DNA of 64,000 bases from positions 103,568 to 167,567 of the forward strand of contig JAUCBJ010008389.1 of assembly GCA_032718475.1 (NCBI GenBank), read 5' to 3'. Positions 58,801 to 64,000 of this stretch are shown piece after piece. The position numbers were made by a program, and so were the translations under genes. Under the pieces are notes generated by a model. It did no database searches, was not told where the DNA came from, and worked only from the letters and a program-made list of their open reading frames with translations. The first letter of the stretch is position 1. Each line of letters begins with the position of its first letter. The stretch comes from Nemertoderma westbladi (taxonomy: Eukaryota > Animalia > Xenacoelomorpha).

Positions 58801-61800
58801 GATTTGAACAATGAAAGAAAGAAAGAATAGTTTATTAGAATAGCTTATTTATTACATAATACTGTAAGCAATTAATTTTATTATTATTATATTTCACCTT
58901 TTATTAAATTTAATTAATTTAAATTAAATTGTATTTTAGGCCTATTAAATATCTATAGCCATAACATTGAATATTACTAATTAGGCCTATATGATATTAT
59001 TATTATCTGGAATAATTATTATTAATTTCAATAATATTATTATTCTGAAAATTCTGCTGATAAGTTTGTCTTGTAAGTCGCAACATGAGTAGCAAGCGAT
59101 CCTGGCAACCAGATGGGTCGTATGGTGACTTGCGTGCTATGTTCGGCAAGTCGACTAAGCGACAGACTACATTGAGTGAGACATCGACGCTGTCCGCTCC
59201 GTCCCTGCCATTGTCCCGTGCGACCACGACCAGTCCACTCCTGGCAGCCTTGCCCATTGTCGACCGCAATGACATCGGTTTTGCGGTCGAAATGCGTGTC
59301 GATGGGAAACTAGACGCCATGGAACGGCAGCGTTTCTTAAATAACAGCTGGGTGCCGCCGGCTGACTACGAATTCCCGAAGATCATGAAGCAGGACAAAT
59401 CCCGTCCCAATGGTATCCGACCGCGCTTCCTCTCCCGCTGCCACCTTACGGGCCAGTTTGACTGCTTTGCTTATTCAGCCAAACTTCAAGGAGTCTTTTG
59501 CAAGTTAGTTTGATTCGTTGATGGTAAATACATGGTGCACGAGAAGTTTCTTTGCTTTGTGCATCTCAGGTCATGTACAGGCGCTGCTGTGGCTGAGTCA
59601 CTTATGAAGACTGTGAAACAGCTGGGTATTACCGCTCAGATGGTGGCACAAGGGTATGATGAAGCGTCGACCATGTCGGGTCAGTTTAAAGGTGTCCAAT
59701 CACTGATTAGGGAAAAGCACGGACAGACCCTCGCCATCTATGTGCACTGTGCAGCGCACAGCCTGAACTTGGCTGTACAGGAGGCCTGTGAGTTGCAGTC
59801 AATCCGCGCAGCTGCGACTGCAATAAATTCGGTTGCAGTATTTTTCAATGTCTCGCCGAAGCGAAGAGCAGTGCTGGAAGAGAAAATCAAGGAAATTCTG
59901 CCGCCAGGAACTGTAACTCAGGTGCTGCAGTTCTGCCGCACACGCTGGGTTGAGAAACAGGAAGCTGTAATACGCTTCAACCTCCTCTTCCCGGCAATTG
60001 TCGAAGCATTAGAGGAGATCAGCATGTGGGGCGGTGATTGTGGCAGCAATGCCCGTAATTATTCCAAGCTGCTCGAGGACAGCGAGTATGTCCTTGCTGG
60101 ACACATCCTGGAGTCTGTTCTAACTATAACCAAACCATTGTCGGAGAAACTGCAAGCCATAGACATCGACCTGGTGGAGTGCATGATACATGTTGATACT
60201 GTGGTCAAGGTTTTAAAAGACATGCGGGCTGACTCCACGCGGTTCGACAAATTGTTTGATGCTGCGGAGAAGGCACTCGGAGAACCACTACAGAAGCCAC
60301 GCATAAAGGCGAAGCAACGCAATATGCATCGCGCAAATCCGGATGTCTCCACAGCTCGTGACCACTTCCGAATCGCAATGTATATTCCATTTCTGGAAGG
60401 AGCTGTTGCACTGATAGAGGAGCGCTTCAGCAAGATCACGAAGCAGGCTCTGCTGATGGCGTCGCTGCTTCCGAGCCATGTCGTTGACAACACTTTTGAT
60501 GACATCAAAGAGTGTGTTGACTTTTACTTAGGTGGCGAGTTGCGTGGTCTGGGGTTGTCCACGGACATTGAGGCTGAGCTGCTGCTGTGGAAGAAGCGGT
60601 GGGAGTCTGTGGATGCCGGGGACCGACCACGCACTGTCCTGAGCACCCTTGCCAGCGTGAAGGTCAGCCTGAGCTGCTTCCCCAACATCAGGCTGCTGCT
60701 CAAGGTCTTGGCAACAGTGCCTGTTTCAACCGCAACAGCTGAGAAATATAAATGTCAAAAATATAAATGTATTAATTATAGTAAAACACTAAAATATTGA
60801 AAAGTTTAATTGGCCGTTCGGAATTCCCAAAGTTAAGTTGTTATAATGTAACAAAATTTCGTACATCATTTTATTATAGGTGCACTATTCAACATTAAAG
60901 ACCCTTGTTTATTTATGTAGACCTCCCTCGCTGCGTACTTTTGGTACATAAATACTCGTTTATTTTGTAAACCTCCCTCGCTATACTCCCTAGGTACATA
61001 AATGCACTCGGGTCATAACGCTTGAATAGTTATTGTTCACCAATTTGTATTATTACTTGTTATAGCTCGCAAATGTAAACTAAACCATAACGCGTTTTAA
61101 TGAAGTTACATTTTTATATGTTATATAATTAATAATTATTTGCAAAGTAGAAATTGATGCGATTTTGTATTTCCAGTAGATACACTTAATAATTGATTTT
61201 GTAATAATTATTTTGTTCACTAATTTTAATATTTTTAATTACTTTTAATTATTGCTAAAAAAATATATGTATGTATCATATTGTATATTGATCTAAACTA
61301 TAATTACTTGTAAAAAGGGGGGGGGGGGGGGGGGGGGGGGACTGGACGCAATAAAAATTCATCAATCTCAAAGAAAATATTAATACTTATTAGGGTCATT
61401 CTCAACAAAAGTGGCCAAAACCGACTTAGAAATTGTCCGGAACGTAATTTCTGTTTAGATTGGTGAATTTTTAAACGGTAAAATGTTTTATATATGAAAC
61501 TTGGCCTGAAAATTCTGCTCATCATGTTTTCAGGGTTGAAAAATCCCTGCATATTACCATATTTCTCTGTCAAACGCTAAAAAATAGCATTTTTAACACT
61601 TGTTTAAAGAATTTGCATAACATTTAGAGAGCAGTAGAATGACCCCATTATGGTCCTTGGTGTACAAACTATATATCATTCGGAAGCTTGAAAATTTTCC
61701 TACATTCTCAGATTAGTTTTTGGAGGATACAAATACTTCCGTTCCAGTAACAGCATAAAATATTATTAAATTTCAATATGACCCCTGTAATGTCCCAAAT

Positions 61801-63483
61801 GTTAAATAGAGGTTCGAAAGAAGCTATAAGAAGTTATCAGTCGGTATGATGATGCGCAAATCCAGCCTCAATTATTACAGAACACAATAAAAAAAACCTT
61901 ATTGAAAACGATCCAGTAGTTGCCGAGATTTTAACATCTATATGTGACAAACCCGGTATGTTCAAGATGTTTTGTCCCATGTTTTCCATTACTAATTCTG
62001 CATATAAATTTGCATGTAACATTTTGAATTAACAAAATAAAGTTATTATAGCAGATTAAAACATGGGCAATACAGCCATTGTTACTTCCAACTTCAATAT
62101 TAAAGTGTGCTCCCTACACATTCAATATCAAGATCAATTTGTCCCTCCATGTAATGGCCCTGTAATTGTCCCACAAATTACGTGTGCGAGATGCCATTAC
62201 AGTGAGGGACTGTCCCTTCTCTGTAATGGGAAATTTAGTATTGATTCTATGGCACACTAATTGGTGGGAAATTTGAAAAGCATCTGTATTTGGTCATTTA
62301 ATTTCAGGACTTAACTTTTCTGTTTTAATTAACTTACACCGTACCATTCTACTAACATAGATTAATTATGTATGGTCCGTTAAATTTACAAAATGGAAAC
62401 ACGAAACCATGCCTTCCACCATGCGAACTATTATGTACGAAGCATTCAAGTGCAGTGAAAGACTTCGCTATTTTGGATTTTACAGGGTTTGATATGTCGG
62501 ATGCTGAACTTTACCCCTCAATTATTGATTCTCTCCAATTTTTGTCTGAATGAAAACTTTATATAATTTCGAAGTTTATTGAATTTCGAATTCACTCTGT
62601 CCGAACTAATTTTGTTTCTAGGCTATTGTAGCAACTTACGAATAGTTTGGAATTGTCTGATTTTGGTTTCTTTTCTGTGGTCGATTATATTAATTTTTAA
62701 AAATAATACACAATTTTGACAAAACTTATCTTTCTCGGAAAACTTACTAAAAAGTTATGTATGGAAAATTTACTAAATACATACGTACATGACTATTATA
62801 TTGTTACAACGTGGGGACATCGCATTACACGGTAGGCCTACCAATAGATGAATATATTGTTACAGGGCTGGGACATCGCATTACAGGGGCAATTTACAGC
62901 CTAAAAATTCGTATTACATGGAGGGACAAACCATTACAGGCGGGACACATACTTTACCTTGATTATTTCTTTAAGATTTTATCTAACATCTCGGAGATTG
63001 TCACCATTGAATTCTCCTTAAAAAATGCTTTCAGAATATATATAGTTTTGTATGGTTTCAATGGAGTTCAAATTTCAGGAATATTTCAGTTCTATTTGGC
63101 CACTTTCGGTGAGAATCACCCATTAGAGGATTTCCTAAATTACTCATCTTTACGGGGGGGTGGGGGGGGGGCTTTACTGGGGGGCCAAATTACAATTTGG
63201 GGTCTGGGACCCTACCGTAGGAAATTCCTGGCTACGCGGCTGGCAACATATTATATATTATGTAACCTCGATTTATCTAAATCCTAGCCCGCATGAGTCA
63301 CTAAACGACTAAATTACGACTTCATTAATTTCTAGGCTACGGACAGGATGGTTGTTGTGTTTAAAGACGTGAGGATTAGTGGGCAAGCAGCTGCCGGTGG
63401 CCAAAACCTGTTTACGGGACACGTCTTGGATACTCTAACCGTGCAGACAGTGGATCGATCCTGGCCCGGACCTGATAATAGCG
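55817..63483 (+). CDS. SAARP/CARP4-like gene copy 2, first two coding exons (55817-56056, 63336-63483); continues beyond
   Basis: Exon sizes (240 and 148 nt) and splice sites are the same as in copy 1. The mature sequence is nearly identical and the signal peptide has diverged. Confidence 0.8.
59085..60800 (+). pseudogene. hAT transposase (ZMYM1/THAP12-like group), broken by an internal deletion and 3' truncation
   Basis: TTF-type zinc-finger start (W.PP..Y.FP...AYS...GVFCK); EKFLCF; QGYDEASTMSG; YVHCAAHSLNL; CRTRW; dimerisation domain FPNIRLLLKVLATVPVSTATAE, cut after the Glu. Confidence 0.88.
61393..63121. mobile_element. Non-autonomous TIR element nested in the hAT
   Basis: About 27-bp imperfect TIRs GGGTCATTCTCAACAAAAGTGGCCAAA / TTTGGCCACTTTCGGTGAGAATCACCC; no coding capacity. 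Confidence 0.6.
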
Positions 63484-64000
63484 GTGAGTTTATTGCTGAA
63501 ACTTATTATGTACTAAACTATAAGCTGTGTCTTTGTGTCAACAGGGGTAGGATACGATACGAATTTTAGTATTTCGTCTCGTATTATTTTCTTTGTTTCG
63601 AATTTCGTATCGTATAATACGACAATACGAATCATAGTATTTTCGTATCTTATTATTTTGTAAATATTAATGTTTTTAACAGTCAAACCAAAGATCACAC
63701 TACTTACAGCATTTCTTCGCTATCTGCAGACAGGAGAGGATCATTAATCACTATGTGAGGTGAACTCTATAATCCATACAAGGCATTGATGCATGATAAG
63801 ACAATAGATTCTATTGTAAATATGATAATTAATACTACAGTATTTACTAATATGTAACGCATTTTATATCTTTAATATTTGTTACATTGCTGTTTCCAGC
63901 GTTACAATCGAAATGTGTACAACTTGAGTGGACTCTGTCGGGAACACAAAAGTTTCGCCATCTGTGTTGTCTATTTGATGGGCCAGGAACAATTACCGTT

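Larger units (their letters stand above)
57854..63242 (+). mobile_element. hAT DNA transposon (internally deleted) in the first coding intron of gene copy 2
   Basis: 8-bp TSD GCAACATA at 57846-57853 and 63243-63250. Imperfect TIRs CACTAGCGTAGCGAGG / CCTGGCTACGCGGCTG. The subterminal motif GGGACCCTACCGT is present at both ends. Confidence 0.88.

Overview
Eukaryotic (probably invertebrate animal) genomic DNA made of nested transposons around two tandem, intron-containing copies of a secreted/GPI-type gene resembling the coral SAARP/CARP4 family. Positions 1-22651 are a defective Polinton/Maverick. It has an ACTACT right terminus, ~2-kb inverted arms, an integrase C-terminus, a penton and a PC4-like gene. 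Inserted into it are a decayed Bel/Pao element and a young gag-protease-only Bel/Pao element. Positions 38510-51999 are a young, full-length Bel/Pao LTR retrotransposon (541-bp LTRs, AGAAG TSD) inserted into a sister element. Two observations stand out. (1) The full-length element carries an extra ORF encoding a DEDDy-like 3'-5' exonuclease plus three CCHC zinc knuckles, and its C-terminal half is conserved in the sister element. (2) Both Bel/Pao elements with a readable 5' LTR junction lack a tRNA-type (TGG) primer-binding site. Instead the bases directly after the LTR are complementary to a site inside their own LTR, which suggests self-primed reverse transcription. Also present: DINE-1/HINE-like repeats, an RTE fragment, SINE fragments, a hAT element with an 8-bp TSD, and minisatellites. 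All protein assignments are by-eye motif recognition; no searches were run.
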